DNA of 64,000 bases, from contig CAWDSK010000001.1 in assembly GCA_963804995.1 (NCBI GenBank), forward strand, positions 128,001 through 192,000. The letters are read 5' to 3'. The stretch comes from an uncultured Acidobacteriota bacterium. GTDB taxonomy: Bacteria > Acidobacteriota > Terriglobia > UBA7540. The translations under genes and the position numbers were made by a program. The notes beneath the pieces were generated by a model. It saw nothing but the letters and a program-made list of their open reading frames with translations, did not search any database and was not told the DNA's origin. Below, in pieces: positions 50,829 to 62,967 of the stretch. The stretch's first letter is position 1, and every line of letters starts with the position of its first letter.

Positions 50829-53636
50829 ATGATCGACCGAATTACAGTTCGCGGCGCACGCCAGCACAACCTGAAGAATCTCAGCGTGGAGATTCCCCGC
50901 AACACCCTGACGGTGGTGACGGGACTGAGCGGGTCAGGGAAATCCAGCCTGGCGTTCGATGTGATTTATGCCGAGGGCCAGCGCCGCTACGTGCAGACGC
51001 TCTCCGCTTACGCCCGCCAATTTCTCGACCAGCTCGAGCGGCCGGACGTGGACACCGTCGAAGGCCTGAGCCCGGCGATATCCATCGAGCAGAAAACCAC
51101 TAGCCGCAGCCCCCGCTCAACCGTCGGCACCATCACCGAAATCTACGATTACCTCCGGTTGCTGTACTCTTCGATTGGTACGGCGCACTGCCACCGGTGC
51201 GGGAGGAAAATAGCGCGGCAGACGACGGAGCAGATCGTTGCTTCCATCATGGCGCTGGTTAACGGCGGGGCGAGCGCCAATGGTGAAGGCGAGCGCGTGA
51301 TGATCCTGGCGCCCATCGTGCGCGGCCGCAAGGGCGAGTTCCGAAAACTCTTTGAGCAACTCTCGGGCGAAGGGTACGTGCGCGTGCGGGTGGACAAGCA
51401 ACTCCGCCAGTTGGACGAGGAAATCGCGCTCGACCGGCGCAAGAACCATACGATTGAAGTAGTGGTCGACCGCCTGCTGCTCAAGCCCGGCATTGAGGCT
51501 CGCCTGGCGTCGTCGCTCGAGACCGCCATGAAGCTTGCCAAGGGCATCGTGCAGGTGGCCGTCGTGAACGGCGAGGAACAACTCTACTCGCAGGAATGGG
51601 CGTGCGTTGACTGCGGCATCAGCATTCCGGCGCTCGAGCCGCGCTCGTTTTCCTTCAACAGCGTTTACGGCGCCTGCCCGGCGTGCCGCGGATTGGGCAG
51701 CCAGTACACCTTCGATCCCGCCAAGGTTATCGTGGATTGGTCGCGGCCGCTGCTGGAAGGCGGGCTCGGCCCGGGGGCGGGTTCGGGGTTCCTGCAACGC
51801 AGCCTGCTGCGCGCCGCGGAACAGTTTGGCTTCGACCTCAAGACCCCTTTCGAGCGCTTTCCGCGCAAGGTTCAGAATCTGCTGCTCTATGGAAAGATCA
51901 CGGAGAGTGCGCCGAAGTCGACGGAGTTCGCCGGCATCCTGCCGCTGCTCGAGCGCTGGTACGGCGAAGCGCGTTCCGAAAATTTCCGCGAGTGGTACGG
52001 CCAGTACATGTCGGCGGTGCCCTGCCCCAAATGCCAGGGCAAACGCCTGAAGCCGGAAAGCCTGGCGGTCAAGGTGATGGACTCCTCGATTGCCGACCTC
52101 ACGGCGCTGCCCGTCAGCAAGGCCCAGCTTGTGATGACCGAGCTCAAGCTCACCCCGCGTGAAGAGCTGGTGGCGCGGCGCATCGTAAACGAAATCAGCG
52201 AGCGGCTGGAATTTCTGAACGCCGTTGGGCTCGGCTACTTGAGCCTGGACCGGTCCGCCTCGTCCCTTTCGAGCGGTGAAAGCCAGCGCATTCGGTTGGC
52301 CACGCAGATAGGCTCGAAGTTGCGCGGAGTGCTCTACGTGCTCGATGAGCCCAGCATTGGCCTGCATCCGCGCGACAATCAGCGCCTGCTGCAAACCCTC
52401 GAGCAACTGCGCGACATGTCTAACACCGTGCTGGTGGTTGAACACGACGAGGAAACCATTCGCCGCGCTGATTACGTGATCGACCTCGGTCCCGGCGCGG
52501 GCAAGCAGGGAGGATATCTGGTGGCCGCGGGGCCGCCCGCGAAAATTGCGGCAACTGAGAGTTCCCTGACCGGCCAATACCTTTCGGGCCAGCTTCAAAT
52601 CCCGGTGCCGCAGAAGCGCCGCGTGACGAACGGAAAGATCTTGACCGTGCTCGGAGCGCGGGCCAACAATTTGAAGAATATCGACGTGGGATTTCCGCTG
52701 GGGCTGCTGACCGTCGTGACGGGCGTTTCAGGTTCGGGAAAATCGACGCTCGTCAACGACATCTTGCATCGCGCCATCGCGAAGAAGCTTTACCGCGCCA
52801 TTGAAGACCCGGGCACCCACCGCTCGATCCAGGGCCTCGAGCACCTCGATAAGGTGATCGTCATCGACCAGTCGCCCATTGGGCGGACGCCGCGGTCAAA
52901 TCCCGCCACCTACACTGGTGTCTTCACGCCCATCCGCGAGCTCTTCGCCATGCTGCCGGAGTCGCGCGCGCGTGGCTATCGGGCCGGACGTTTCAGCTTC
53001 AACGTGAAAGGCGGGCGCTGCGAGGCCTGCCAGGGGGAAGGGCTGCGGCGCATCGAGATGAATTTCCTGCCCGACGTTTTCGTGACCTGTGAGGTGTGCC
53101 GCGGGCGGCGTTACAACTCTGAGACGCTGGCGGTGAAGTACAAGGGCGTTTCCATCGCCGACTTGCTTGACATGACGGCCGCAGACGCGCTGCCGGTGCT
53201 TGAAAACATTCCACAGATCCGCCAGAAGCTCGAAACGCTGGTGGACGTGGGCCTGGGTTACATCCACCTCGGCCAGCCCGCCACCACGCTATCGGGCGGG
53301 GAAGCGCAACGCATCAAGCTGGGCCGCGAGCTCAGCCGCCGCCAGACGGGCCGCACGCTCTATATCCTCGACGAGCCCACCACGGGTTTGCACTTCGCCG
53401 ACGTGAAGCAACTGCTGGAGGTCCTGAATCGCCTGACCGACCTCGGCAACACGGTGATCATCATCGAGCATCATCTTAACGTCGTGAAACAGGCGGATTG
53501 GGTCATCGACCTCGGCCCGGAAGGTGGCGAGGCGGGCGGGCGCATCGTGGCCCAAGGCACCCCGGAGGCAGTGGCGCGCGCCAAAAAATCCTACACCGGC
53601 CAGGCGCTGGCCGCCATGCTGAATGGTTCGCACTAA
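50829..53636 (+). CDS. uvrA: Excinuclease ABC subunit A
   Basis: [13 protein letters not shown], Zn fingers, [20 protein letters not shown]. Confidence 0.98.
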   Translation: MIDRITVRGARQHNLKNLSVEIPRNTLTVVTGLSGSGKSSLAFDVIYAEGQRRYVQTLSAYARQFLDQLERPDVDTVEGLSPAISIEQKTTSRSPRSTVGTITEIYDYLRLLYSSIGTAHCHRCGRKIARQTTEQIVASIMALVNGGASANGEGERVMILAPIVRGRKGEFRKLFEQLSGEGYVRVRVDKQLRQLDEEIALDRRKNHTIEVVVDRLLLKPGIEARLASSLETAMKLAKGIVQVAVVNGEEQLYSQEWACVDCGISIPALEPRSFSFNSVYGACPACRGLGSQYTFDPAKVIVDWSRPLLEGGLGPGAGSGFLQRSLLRAAEQFGFDLKTPFERFPRKVQNLLLYGKITESAPKSTEFAGILPLLERWYGEARSENFREWYGQYMSAVPCPKCQGKRLKPESLAVKVMDSSIADLTALPVSKAQLVMTELKLTPREELVARRIVNEISERLEFLNAVGLGYLSLDRSASSLSSGESQRIRLATQIGSKLRGVLYVLDEPSIGLHPRDNQRLLQTLEQLRDMSNTVLVVEHDEETIRRADYVIDLGPGAGKQGGYLVAAGPPAKIAATESSLTGQYLSGQLQIPVPQKRRVTNGKILTVLGARANNLKNIDVGFPLGLLTVVTGVSGSGKSTLVNDILHRAIAKKLYRAIEDPGTHRSIQGLEHLDKVIVIDQSPIGRTPRSNPATYTGVFTPIRELFAMLPESRARGYRAGRFSFNVKGGRCEACQGEGLRRIEMNFLPDVFVTCEVCRGRRYNSETLAVKYKGVSIADLLDMTAADALPVLENIPQIRQKLETLVDVGLGYIHLGQPATTLSGGEAQRIKLGRELSRRQTGRTLYILDEPTTGLHFADVKQLLEVLNRLTDLGNTVIIIEHHLNVVKQADWVIDLGPEGGEAGGRIVAQGTPEAVARAKKSYTGQALAAMLNGSH

Positions 53637-53821
53637 GAAATCCCCGCAAATGGTAAAGTGTTAGCTGTGGCTTCCCGTACCCCAATTTGACCGGTGCCCC
53701 GTGACAGGGTATGTTTCCATTACCGTATGGATACCTGAGGATCCACCAGGGCAAGTTAGGACATGTCAGAAAAGCTCTCAAGGCAGCTCAAGGAGATTTG
53801 TGGCAGGCCACGAAGGTGAAC

Positions 53822-54658
53822 ATGCAGGATGACACGGCAAACATCTTCCCGGAGGCAAGTGTGGCGCCGGCACAGGCTCCTCGGCCGCAGCCTGCCCCAC
53901 CTCTTGCCCCACGCGAGATCTGGACCTTGCGCGACCTGCTGCTCTTCGTGGCCTTTCTTCCCTTCGCTTTCCTGGCGGCAAACCTGCTGGGGTTCGCGGC
54001 CTACGCGGCGCTGCGGCCCTTCGCCGGATGGCACACGCGGGTGGATGCGCTGCCGACCAATACTCTTTTCATGCTGATGTTGCAATTCGTGTTTTACATC
54101 TTTGTCCTGGGTTACCTGTTCCTGTTGGCCAAGCTCCAACATCATCAGCCCCTCTGGAAATCTCTGGGCTGGAATAAGCCGACGGGGCGCCAAGTCCTGA
54201 CCTACCTTTCAGCGGGTGGGGGATTGGCCATCGTCATCAGCGTGCTGTTATCGCTTCTGCCGGATGCGCAGGAATTCCCCCTGGAGCGGCTCTTCACGTC
54301 GGCGGCCGCGTCTTACGCCATCGGCGCGTTCGCTATCGGCATCGCACCCGTGGTGGAGGAACTGGTCTTCCGGGGCTTGCTGTTCGCCATTTTCGAGCGC
54401 GCCGTGGGATTGCCCTTTGCCGTAGTGACCACGGCCGTGCTCTTTGCGGTGCTGCACATTCCGGAGTACTGGCACGCCTGGAACCACCTGTGGATGATCC
54501 TGGTGGTGGGGGTGGTTTTCTCGCTGGCGCGTGGCAGGTCAGGCAGCCTTACTCCCAGCATCCTTCTTCACGTCGGCTACAACGCCCTCATCATGACGGG
54601 GCTCTTCGTCTCCACCCAGCATTTCCGCGCCCTGCATGCCTTTATCCCGTTCCGGTGA
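53822..54658 (+). CDS. CPBP (CAAX/Abi) family intramembrane metalloprotease
   Basis: EELVFRG, FAVLH, HVGYN. Confidence 0.9.
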   Translation: MQDDTANIFPEASVAPAQAPRPQPAPPLAPREIWTLRDLLLFVAFLPFAFLAANLLGFAAYAALRPFAGWHTRVDALPTNTLFMLMLQFVFYIFVLGYLFLLAKLQHHQPLWKSLGWNKPTGRQVLTYLSAGGGLAIVISVLLSLLPDAQEFPLERLFTSAAASYAIGAFAIGIAPVVEELVFRGLLFAIFERAVGLPFAVVTTAVLFAVLHIPEYWHAWNHLWMILVVGVVFSLARGRSGSLTPSILLHVGYNALIMTGLFVSTQHFRALHAFIPFR

Positions 54659-54753
54659 CGGCACACTTTCTTTCGGTTGCCGCCCAGTATTGCAATTCGT
54701 CATCAGATAAATTTGCGGGTTGACGACCCCGACAGCGTGTTAGAATCCGCGGC

Positions 54754-55869
54754 ATGTCAACCACCCCCCTACCTCAAACTGTCGCAACTCCGGCGGAAAC
54801 GCCCACTAAGTCTACGGCCACCGAGCGTTACGTGGCGCTCGATGCGTTTCGGGGATTCATCATGATCATGCTGGCGTCCGATGCCTTCGGCTTCGGAGCG
54901 CTTCAGCATAACCCGCAGTGGTCGCGCGTCGCCTCCTGGTTCGACCATGTTGACTGGACCGGCGCCGTCTTCTGGGATTTGATCCAGCCCTCTTTCATGT
55001 TCATGGTGGGAGTAGCCATGCCCTTTGCGCTGGCCCGCCGCCGGGAGTTGGGCGCGACCTCGAAGCAAAATCTCCAGCACGTGGCGGTTCGCACCCTCAA
55101 GCTGATCCTGCTCAGCCAGATTTTGATTATCGCGGCGGACGGCGGGCCGCGTTTCCAGCTTATCAATGTACTCTCGCAGATTGCCTTCACTTATTTCCTG
55201 ACTTATCTGATTCTCAAGTTGGAATTCCGCTGGCAAGTGGCCGTGGCCGCGGGGTTGCTGCTGCTTCACTCCGGCCTCTTCTTCCTCTTCCCGGGACCGG
55301 ATGGCGCGTTTTCGCCACTCGGCAACATCGGCCAGAGAATCGACAAGGCGCTGCTGGGGTACAACTATGAAGACCACTACGTGACGATCAATTTCATCTC
55401 AAGCACGGTCACTACGCTATTCGGCGCGTGGACGGGCAACCTGCTGCGCTCGGCACGGCCGCGAGCGGGAAAACTGAAGATCCTGGCCATCTCCGCTCTG
55501 GCGGCATTCGTGACGGGCCTCGCGCTCTCGCCGCTGATTCCCATCGTCAAGAAACTCTGGACGGCCTCGTGGACGTTCTATAGCACGGGCTGGGTCCTGC
55601 TCATGATGCTCGCTTTCATCCTGATCGTGGACGTGTGGGGCTTGAAGAAGGCCGCCTTCCCGCTGGTGGTGGTGGGGATGAATTCCATTTTCATCTACTC
55701 GCTGGGCTTCTTGATCCGAGGGTCTGTGGACAAAGACATTCGCTCTTTCAGCGGCGGCTTTCAGTTCATTGGAGCCCTGGCGCCCGTCGCCCAGCACTGC
55801 GCCATCCTGGTGGTGTTCTGGTACCTGTGCTACTTCCTCTACAAGCACAAGATTTTTCTGAAGGTGTAA
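54754..55869 (+). CDS. HGSNAT/DUF5009-like membrane acyltransferase
   Basis: RYVALDAFRGF, WDLIQPSFMFMVG, PIVKKLWT, GMNSIFIY. Confidence 0.88.
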   Translation: MSTTPLPQTVATPAETPTKSTATERYVALDAFRGFIMIMLASDAFGFGALQHNPQWSRVASWFDHVDWTGAVFWDLIQPSFMFMVGVAMPFALARRRELGATSKQNLQHVAVRTLKLILLSQILIIAADGGPRFQLINVLSQIAFTYFLTYLILKLEFRWQVAVAAGLLLLHSGLFFLFPGPDGAFSPLGNIGQRIDKALLGYNYEDHYVTINFISSTVTTLFGAWTGNLLRSARPRAGKLKILAISALAAFVTGLALSPLIPIVKKLWTASWTFYSTGWVLLMMLAFILIVDVWGLKKAAFPLVVVGMNSIFIYSLGFLIRGSVDKDIRSFSGGFQFIGALAPVAQHCAILVVFWYLCYFLYKHKIFLKV

Positions 55870-55957
55870 GCTGAGATTTTCACCTGTGAGGAAATGGGTT
55901 CTTAACCCCGATACTCTTCACTTAGCGAGCGTTTTCATCAGGACTTGCGCGAAGCGC

Positions 55958-56064
55958 CTTGGACTGCGGTAGCAGCAGCTACCGCCTTTCTTGCCCCACC
56001 TCTTGCGTCTTAGCCGTATGAACCGAAGGCGGAAGGCGGTAGCTGCTGCTACCGCAGTCCAAGG
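55958..56064. repeat. Inverted REP-like pair between convergent genes
   Basis: cttggactgcggtagcagcagctaccgcctt ... aaggcggtagctgctgctaccgcagtccaag. Confidence 0.85.
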
Positions 56065-56115
56065 TGGGCTTCGCCCGCAATCAGATTCCCTAATCCATGA
56101 CAACAACGAGGCGTG

Positions 56116-57510
56116 TCACGCCTCGCGGCGGCGTTTAACGTCGATTTGGAGGCGTTTGATTTTCTGATTGAGGGTGGAGAGGGGAATCTTGAAGCGCTCC
56201 GCGGCTTCGGTCTGGCTCCAGTTGGCGCGGTTAAGCATGTCGAGGATGACGCGGCGCTCGCAGGCTTCCATAATCTCGAACAGCGAGCGGCCGTCGAAGC
56301 TTTCCAGGGGGAACTGGCCACTGGCAGGCGCGGTGTTCTCGAAGAACTGCTCGGGCAGAAGTTCCGGGCCGAGAGTAGGTCCGGTCGCCAGGACCACGGC
56401 GCGCTCCACGGCGTTCTCCAGCTCGCGGACGTTGCCGGGCCATTCGTAATCCATCATCACCATCAGGGCTTCCGGGGAGAACTGCAAGCCCGGGCGGGAA
56501 TTCTCAGCGGAAAACTTTTTCAAGAAATGGTCGACCAGTTGGGGAACGTCTTCCTTGCGGTCCCGCAGCGTCGGCAAGCCCATGGAGATGACGTTCAGGC
56601 GATAGAAAAGGTCTTCGCGGAAACGACCCTCCAGCACCATCTTGCGCAGGTCGGAGTTGGTGGCCGCCAGGATGCGCACGTCCACCTTGATAGTTTCCGT
56701 CCCTCCCAGCCGCATGAACTCGCGTTCCTGGATGACCCGCAGGAGCTTGGTTTGCGTCTCCACGCCCACCGTACCGATTTCGTCAAAGAAGATGGTGCCC
56801 TGGTCAGCGACTTCGAAAAGGCCGCGCTTAGTGGCGATGGCGGAGGTGAAAGCTCCCTTGACGTGCCCGAAGAGCGTGCTTTCCAGGAGATCGACGGGCA
56901 TGGATCCGGTATTGACAGGCACAAAGGGGCGGTCGGAGCGGGGACTGGTGGCATGAATGGTTTTGGCCACCAACTCCTTGCCCGTCCCGCTCTCCCCGGT
57001 GATCAGCACCGTGGCCCGGCTGGCGGCGACCTGCGTGATGAGGTCCATCACTTTCTGCATCTTATCGCTCTTGCCGACGATATTGGGCAGGTCGTAGCGC
57101 TTGAGGGCGCGGCGGAGCTGGTAGTTTTCAAGTTGCAGGCGGGACTTGGCCAGCGTGTTGCGGATTTCCAGCAGCAGCTTATCGTTGTCCCAGGGCTTGG
57201 TGATATAACTCTCGGCGCCTTGCTTGGAAGCCTGGAAGGCCATCTGGCTGGAGTCGTAGGCGGTGATCATGATCACCCCCAACTCCGGGCTTTCGCGCTT
57301 GATGTGCTGGAGCACGTCCAGTCCGTTGCGGTCGGGCAGGTTGATATCGAGCAGGACCAGATCGAAGATTCCGTTTTCGATGCGCTTCAGCCCTTCCGTG
57401 CCGGTGGAGGCGCAGTCCGCCTTGTACCCTTCGAGCTTGAGAAGCTGCTCGAGGCTCTCGCGAATTTCCTGTTCGTCATCGATGACGAGGATGGAGCCTT
57501 TAGCTGACAT
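56116..57510 (-). CDS. NtrC-family sigma54-dependent response regulator
   Basis: REC domain, GESGTGKE, GAFTSA, FREDLFYRLNV, WPGNVRELEN, Fis-type HTH. Confidence 0.95.
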   Translation of the reverse strand: MSAKGSILVIDDEQEIRESLEQLLKLEGYKADCASTGTEGLKRIENGIFDLVLLDINLPDRNGLDVLQHIKRESPELGVIMITAYDSSQMAFQASKQGAESYITKPWDNDKLLLEIRNTLAKSRLQLENYQLRRALKRYDLPNIVGKSDKMQKVMDLITQVAASRATVLITGESGTGKELVAKTIHATSPRSDRPFVPVNTGSMPVDLLESTLFGHVKGAFTSAIATKRGLFEVADQGTIFFDEIGTVGVETQTKLLRVIQEREFMRLGGTETIKVDVRILAATNSDLRKMVLEGRFREDLFYRLNVISMGLPTLRDRKEDVPQLVDHFLKKFSAENSRPGLQFSPEALMVMMDYEWPGNVRELENAVERAVVLATGPTLGPELLPEQFFENTAPASGQFPLESFDGRSLFEIMEACERRVILDMLNRANWSQTEAAERFKIPLSTLNQKIKRLQIDVKRRREA

Positions 57511-60328
57511 TCACCGTTTTCCTTACTACAGGGAATTCCAGGCGGAAAGTGGTCCCCCGCCCCACCACGCTATCCACCTGGATGGAACCGGAATGCTCCC
57601 GGATAATGCCGTAGGTGACCGCTAAACCCAAACCCGTGCCCCGGCTGGTGGCCTTGGTGGTGAAGAAGGGATCGAAAATCTTGTGCAGGTGGTCGGAGGG
57701 AATGCCGACGCCGTTGTCGGAGACTTCGACGCGCACGGCAGAGTTCTCCGCCTCGGTGGCAATGGTCAATTCACCGCCGCGCGGCATGGCATCGCGGGCG
57801 TTCATGATCAGGTTCATGAAGACTTGCTGAAGTTTCCCGGCGTTGCCGTAAACGGCCGGCAGAGCCTCACCCAATTGCGCATTCACGGTGATCTTGGCAG
57901 CTTTCAGCATGGGGTCCACCAGCGACAGGGTCTCGCTGATCACCCGGTTCAACTCCAAGTCGGTGTACTCACTGCCGCTCACGCGTGAGAACTTGAGAAG
58001 ATTGTTGGCGATATCCGACGCACGGAAGGCTTGCTTGATGATCTTATCCAGGGTACGGCTGCGCGGGTCCTCCGGCTCCATCTGCCGCATGAGCAATTGG
58101 GCGTTGGAGGTGATGACCGCCAGGGGTGTATTCACTTCGTGCGCAACGCCCGCTGCCAGCAGGCCGATCGACAACAGTTTTTCGGCTTGCATCAACTGGT
58201 CTTCCAGGTTTACGCGCTCCGTCAAATCGGTGAAGATCAACAAGCGTCCAATGACCTCGTTTGCCTTCCCGATCAGAGGAACCACCGAAAGGTTCACGAT
58301 CAGCGAACGCTCTTCCACATTGCGCAAGCGGAACTTGTATAAGTTGAGGGTATGGTGCGGATCGGAGGCGTGCGAAAGCTCTGCCAGGAGCTCCCGGGGG
58401 AAGATCGTGTCCAGGGTCTTGCCCAGCGCCTCGGAGCGGGACATGCCGTAGAGCCGCTCCAGGGCGGAATTCCAAGCCTCAATCTTGCCTTCCAGGTTCG
58501 AGGCCAGCACCCCCGCGTTGATGGACTCGATGATGTTCTGGCTGAAGTCACGCAGGGCCTGGTAATCGTGCGCCTTCATTTCGAGCGACCCGTAGAGGCG
58601 GGCGTTCTCCAGCGCGATGGAAACATAACCCGTAATGGTTTTGAGAAGATCCAGATCCTCGCTGGAAAGGTAATCGCCGTCACTGGTTTTGCCGAGCCCC
58701 AGAAAGCCCAGGGTTCGCTCTTTGACCTTGAACGGCAGGTAATAATGCAAAGCGAGTTGCTCGATGGTTTTTTGCGCCGCCGGAGGAAACCCGAAAAGCC
58801 GCTTCAGGTTGTCGAAAAACAGATAGCCTTTGGCGAGGTCGGGATGATCCTCCTGGAGGAAACTCAGATCGGCCTTGCCGGGGAAGCTCATGCCCCGCGA
58901 CCGCACCAGGCGGTAGTCACCGGACTCCGAGGTGAGAAAGACGGCGAGCCGGTCCACCCCGAGAGTCTCTGACAAGCGATCGCAGATCTGCTCCAGCAAG
59001 CGGTCGGCATGGAGCTCAGAGGTGAGTTCACGGGCAAACTCCAGCAGGGTGCGGCGGTAATCGTAGCGCTCGCGATTAAAGAAACGGTCCAGCCCCTGTT
59101 GGATGTAATTCACAATGGGTTGAAACAAGATGGCGGTGAGAACGATCGCCATCACCCAGGTGCCACGGCTGGTGATGGGAAATGTGGCGCGGAAGAAATC
59201 CGCAAAGAGGGCAATAAGACCAAAATATAACCCCACGATGCTGGCCGTGGCCAACGTGTAAGCGATGCCCCGGCGGAAGATGATGTCCACGTCCATCAGC
59301 CGATAACGTACGATGGCGTACCCGAAGGTGACGGGCAGGAATACGAGGGAGAGGGCCGAGGCATTCATCCACGTGTTGGGAACGAAGCCTAGGAAATAGG
59401 GCAGGGCGTAAAGCGCTGCAAAAGGTACAATCGCCAGCCACGTGCCCCGCGTGACCCATTTCAACTGGTGGCGCAAAAGTGGATCGCTGGCGCGAGCGTA
59501 AGCGTATTGCAGGGCTACGGCGCCCGCCACAAAATACGCCGCCAGATAAAAGAGCTCCATGCGGTCCAGCAGCCAGCGAACCTGCAAGAGGGGCAAGGGA
59601 AGTACGAGCACATCGGCCGCCACCAGGGCATGCAAGGTGCCCAGCAGGACTCCCGGCAAATATAGCAGTGGTATCAGGTAACGCCGCTTGCTGATGAACC
59701 CTGCCTGCTCCGGAAAGCGCAAGCAGAAGTGCAGGAATAGAGCAGGTTGCAAGACCAGCGCGGCGACATTCAACCAGTAAATGGTCCAGTCAAATAGGTT
59801 CAGCTTACCCGTGTAGGAAAATGTGTAGAGGACAAAGGAAGCCAAGCAGAAGACATAAAAGTGGAGTGATTTGCGAGCTGTCCAGCGGCGAAAGAGAATG
59901 AACGTACCGATGAGGAGATAAAGCAAACCCACCAGAGCCAGGTAATGCCGAACCGAACTTGCCGTGCTCTGCGGGACCAGCACCAGACTGGTATCAAAAG
60001 GTTCACCGTTGCGGGCCAAGCTGTAGTTCGCCAGCGACCAGATACCCAGACGGAAGACCTGTTGGACGGCTTCCCCGGATGTCGGGATCAGTTGGCCGTT
60101 GATGGCCCGGAGCTGGTCCCCCTCGCGGATCCCCGCACGCTCGCCAGGACCTCCCCGGACCACGATCCAGGCCGTCACGCCCTGGGGAGAATCGATCCAG
60201 GAAACACCATCGTCAGGCGCTTGGTAGAGGTCCCGCTGCTGAAAATTGAGAATGCCGAACGCCACCAGAACCAGACTCAGCAGGGCAAGCGAGAGCGTGG
60301 TCAGTCGGAAGGGTGGAGTTCTGGTCAT
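57500..60328 (-). CDS. PDZ-7TM-GAF-PAS sensor histidine kinase
   Basis: PDZ ([11 protein letters not shown]), multi-TM region, GAF (IALENARLY), [23 protein letters not shown]. Confidence 0.93.
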   Translation of the reverse strand: MTRTPPFRLTTLSLALLSLVLVAFGILNFQQRDLYQAPDDGVSWIDSPQGVTAWIVVRGGPGERAGIREGDQLRAINGQLIPTSGEAVQQVFRLGIWSLANYSLARNGEPFDTSLVLVPQSTASSVRHYLALVGLLYLLIGTFILFRRWTARKSLHFYVFCLASFVLYTFSYTGKLNLFDWTIYWLNVAALVLQPALFLHFCLRFPEQAGFISKRRYLIPLLYLPGVLLGTLHALVAADVLVLPLPLLQVRWLLDRMELFYLAAYFVAGAVALQYAYARASDPLLRHQLKWVTRGTWLAIVPFAALYALPYFLGFVPNTWMNASALSLVFLPVTFGYAIVRYRLMDVDIIFRRGIAYTLATASIVGLYFGLIALFADFFRATFPITSRGTWVMAIVLTAILFQPIVNYIQQGLDRFFNRERYDYRRTLLEFARELTSELHADRLLEQICDRLSETLGVDRLAVFLTSESGDYRLVRSRGMSFPGKADLSFLQEDHPDLAKGYLFFDNLKRLFGFPPAAQKTIEQLALHYYLPFKVKERTLGFLGLGKTSDGDYLSSEDLDLLKTITGYVSIALENARLYGSLEMKAHDYQALRDFSQNIIESINAGVLASNLEGKIEAWNSALERLYGMSRSEALGKTLDTIFPRELLAELSHASDPHHTLNLYKFRLRNVEERSLIVNLSVVPLIGKANEVIGRLLIFTDLTERVNLEDQLMQAEKLLSIGLLAAGVAHEVNTPLAVITSNAQLLMRQMEPEDPRSRTLDKIIKQAFRASDIANNLLKFSRVSGSEYTDLELNRVISETLSLVDPMLKAAKITVNAQLGEALPAVYGNAGKLQQVFMNLIMNARDAMPRGGELTIATEAENSAVRVEVSDNGVGIPSDHLHKIFDPFFTTKATSRGTGLGLAVTYGIIREHSGSIQVDSVVGRGTTFRLEFPVVRKTVNVS

Positions 60329-60593
60329 TTTAAAACTCGGTATGACTAAGCAATTGACACTAACTCATACAACATGAGAGCACGTTTATTTCCAGTAATC
60401 TGGATCGTGCCAATATTTAAGTGTTCTGTTTACTGTAGGATATAATTATAGCTGAGTGAACGCTGCCGGTTCTACAAAATTCTGAATACAGCCTCCATTT
60501 ATTTGTATATATCGTACTTCGTAACGCCCGGTGTCAGCCGGGCACCCTAACGAAAACCGGTCGCCCTCGTTGTAGGCGCACAAGTAGGATCCA

Positions 60594-61111
60594 TAGCCCT
60601 CTCCGAGGGGCCGCAGATCCGCCGCGGCGGAAGAGGGTGGACCGCTGCCGGCGCTTTTACCAGCCGGAGCGGGACGGGTGAGGGGTCTCTCCGGCGCTGT
60701 TCCATTCAGTGCCTCCCTCACGAACCGCTCTCGACCTTCCGTTCCTTGCGCAGTGTCTCTGTGACCTCCATGCTCGGAACGGCTTAACACGGAGGTCACT
60801 GAGTTACTCGGTGTGCTCTGCGTCGAAGCTTGAGAAGCACACAGAGCGCGGAGAGCCTCCGTTGCAGCCGCGCTAGGAACTGGTACCTGCACGGAGAAGT
60901 AACCCCTCACCCGGGGCCCGCCCCGGCTGATGAGTACGCCGGCTGCGGTCCACCCTCTCCCCTCGGAGAGGGCTATGATCTATCCCGCGATGTTGAGCAA
61001 GCGCCGCGCGGCGGGGCCGCAAACAACGCGTCTCGTAGGGACACCCCTTGTGGGTTGCCCTAGCGTCGGCCATGCCGACAGGGAGGGCGGCACGAGGCCT
61101 GCCCCTACGAG
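60594..61111. repeat. Cluster of nested REP-like inverted repeats
   Basis: Inverted ccctctcc-family pair (60594-60687 and 60902-60975) around a ctctgtg/cacagag module; GTAG-type pair tcgtaggg...ccctacga (61033-61110). Confidence 0.8.
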
Positions 61112-61121
61112 ATTAGTTTCT

Positions 61122-62906
61122 TTAGAACTGAACTGAGAACCCGCCACGGAAGCAACGGTACCCCGAGCTCAGGACCACGGGTTTACCACCCCCTTGGCTT
61201 ACTGGGACGTAGCCTTGCGCCGTGAGGTTGCGGAAATCCGCCAAAGCTTCGATATGGGCGGGGAAGAAAGAAAAGGTGGGAAGAGGCTGGCGAATCTGCA
61301 CACCCAAATAGGGCTGCACCTGAAGCATCGCCTGCCCGTAAGGGTCAACCAAGGTAACCGGATCATTCGAAACCCGCTCATAGGAGGTAATGATCCGGGT
61401 GTGGGTGACGGGAAGTTCAGCGGAAATCTTGCCGGCCAGCGCTGTGGACTGCTGCGGTCGCAACAGGGCTTGCGGATTTTGCGGGGCGCCTGGCGGCATC
61501 CAACCCCGCGCCACCAGGGCATTCCCCGTAGCATAGGAAACCAAGGTCTCCACGTGTTCGCCGAAAGTCTGGGAATAGACTGCCCGGAAACCTCCCGACT
61601 GGTAATCCCCGGCATCCATCATGATGCCGTGGCTGGCGGGATTGGGAATAAAATTGCCGGCGAGCCACGTCGCGCCCGTCGCCTGGTTCCCCCAAACCGC
61701 GGCATTGTGGAAACTATCGGCGTAGCTCGCGAGCTGCACGCGGGCCGTCTTCCCGATCCGCCGACTGAGCGAAGCTTCCGTGTGATTCAATTGCTCCATC
61801 TTGAGCCGATAATCGCTTTCCGTCAGGCGTGGGAAGGCATTCAGCATGCCCACGCGCTCCAGCAAGGAATCGGAGCCGTCGGCGCGTGCTGACCCGTACC
61901 CCGCGGCAACGACCGTCGAAGGAGCAACCTGGTATTCCAGCTTCAAGTGCGGCTGCGCCGTCATAACCTCACCGAGAGCGTCTAAATAATCCACGTCCAT
62001 CCCGGCGGTCACCGTAACCTTGGGGGAGAGCAGGCGTGTTTCCGAGTAAGTTAACACCATACCCTGGCTATGGGAATAAAGGTTCGGCGCGGATCCCGCG
62101 GAGGACGGAAGCCCCCCCAGGAGGTTCAATTGATGGATGCTCAAGCCGAATTCCTGAGGATTCCCCTTCAGAAGATTGCGGCGGTACACCGTGCTCACGG
62201 TATTTGCCTGGGTGCTGGCGGTGGCGATGGAACCGGCCACCAGCAGGTCGGAATCCACGGAGAGTGACCGGACATAAGCCACCACGCTCTCCGCGCCCGG
62301 GTCATCGCTCAACGGATCCCGCCGCAGCGAGCCCGGCAGCATTCCGATTAAATATTGGTCCTCGGACGCAGGTGTTTTCGAACTGGGGAGCGAAACCTTG
62401 GCCACATCCTGGGCTTGGCGGTAGCGCAGGATGGGCCGGGTGGTGGAGGAAGTCCGCAGTACCCATTTCCAGTCATCCCCCCAAGTGGTGACCGTGTTAT
62501 TCGGAACCTGAAAACGGATGGGAGCGAAGATGTCAGTCAGGATAAACCGGGCGACGGCCGTTTCATCGGCGTCCACGCGAATGCCATTGCGCATGGCCGG
62601 CAAGCGCGTAGGCGAGATCACTTTGAGGGAGTACCAGCCCGGGACAAGATGCTCAATCGTGAACTGGCCGTGAGCGTTGGTGATGACACGCTCTACGGTC
62701 TGGCTGGCCATCTCCGTGGCGATGGCGGTGGGCCCCAGGATCATCACCGTGGCGCCCATCAAAGGGTTGCCCTGGGTGTCGGAAACGATCCCCGCCAGTT
62801 TCCCGTAACCCGCCGCAACCCCCAGGCGGGGTTGTAGGCAGGTAATGAGCAAACCGCTAAGCAGCAGTAAATTCGACAGCCGGCTTCCGGACTTAAGCAT
62901 CTTCAT
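61122..62906 (-). CDS. Outer-membrane beta-barrel protein with a carboxypeptidase-regulatory-like N-domain
   Basis: Signal peptide; GIVSD..G.PL.GATV...G.F....L.PG.Y; C-terminal GGFSVQF. Confidence 0.75.
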   Translation of the reverse strand: MKMLKSGSRLSNLLLLSGLLITCLQPRLGVAAGYGKLAGIVSDTQGNPLMGATVMILGPTAIATEMASQTVERVITNAHGQFTIEHLVPGWYSLKVISPTRLPAMRNGIRVDADETAVARFILTDIFAPIRFQVPNNTVTTWGDDWKWVLRTSSTTRPILRYRQAQDVAKVSLPSSKTPASEDQYLIGMLPGSLRRDPLSDDPGAESVVAYVRSLSVDSDLLVAGSIATASTQANTVSTVYRRNLLKGNPQEFGLSIHQLNLLGGLPSSAGSAPNLYSHSQGMVLTYSETRLLSPKVTVTAGMDVDYLDALGEVMTAQPHLKLEYQVAPSTVVAAGYGSARADGSDSLLERVGMLNAFPRLTESDYRLKMEQLNHTEASLSRRIGKTARVQLASYADSFHNAAVWGNQATGATWLAGNFIPNPASHGIMMDAGDYQSGGFRAVYSQTFGEHVETLVSYATGNALVARGWMPPGAPQNPQALLRPQQSTALAGKISAELPVTHTRIITSYERVSNDPVTLVDPYGQAMLQVQPYLGVQIRQPLPTFSFFPAHIEALADFRNLTAQGYVPVSQGGGKPVVLSSGYRCFRGGFSVQF

Positions 62907-62967
62907 AGCTTACGTCGCGCTCTCTTGAAAACCTCCCTTCCGTGGGGAGGAAGATATCCGGGTGTGC

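Noticed and set aside
60395..60415. sigma54 promoter upstream of the PDZ kinase (TGGCAC)
   Set aside because: No TTGC at the required -12 spacing.
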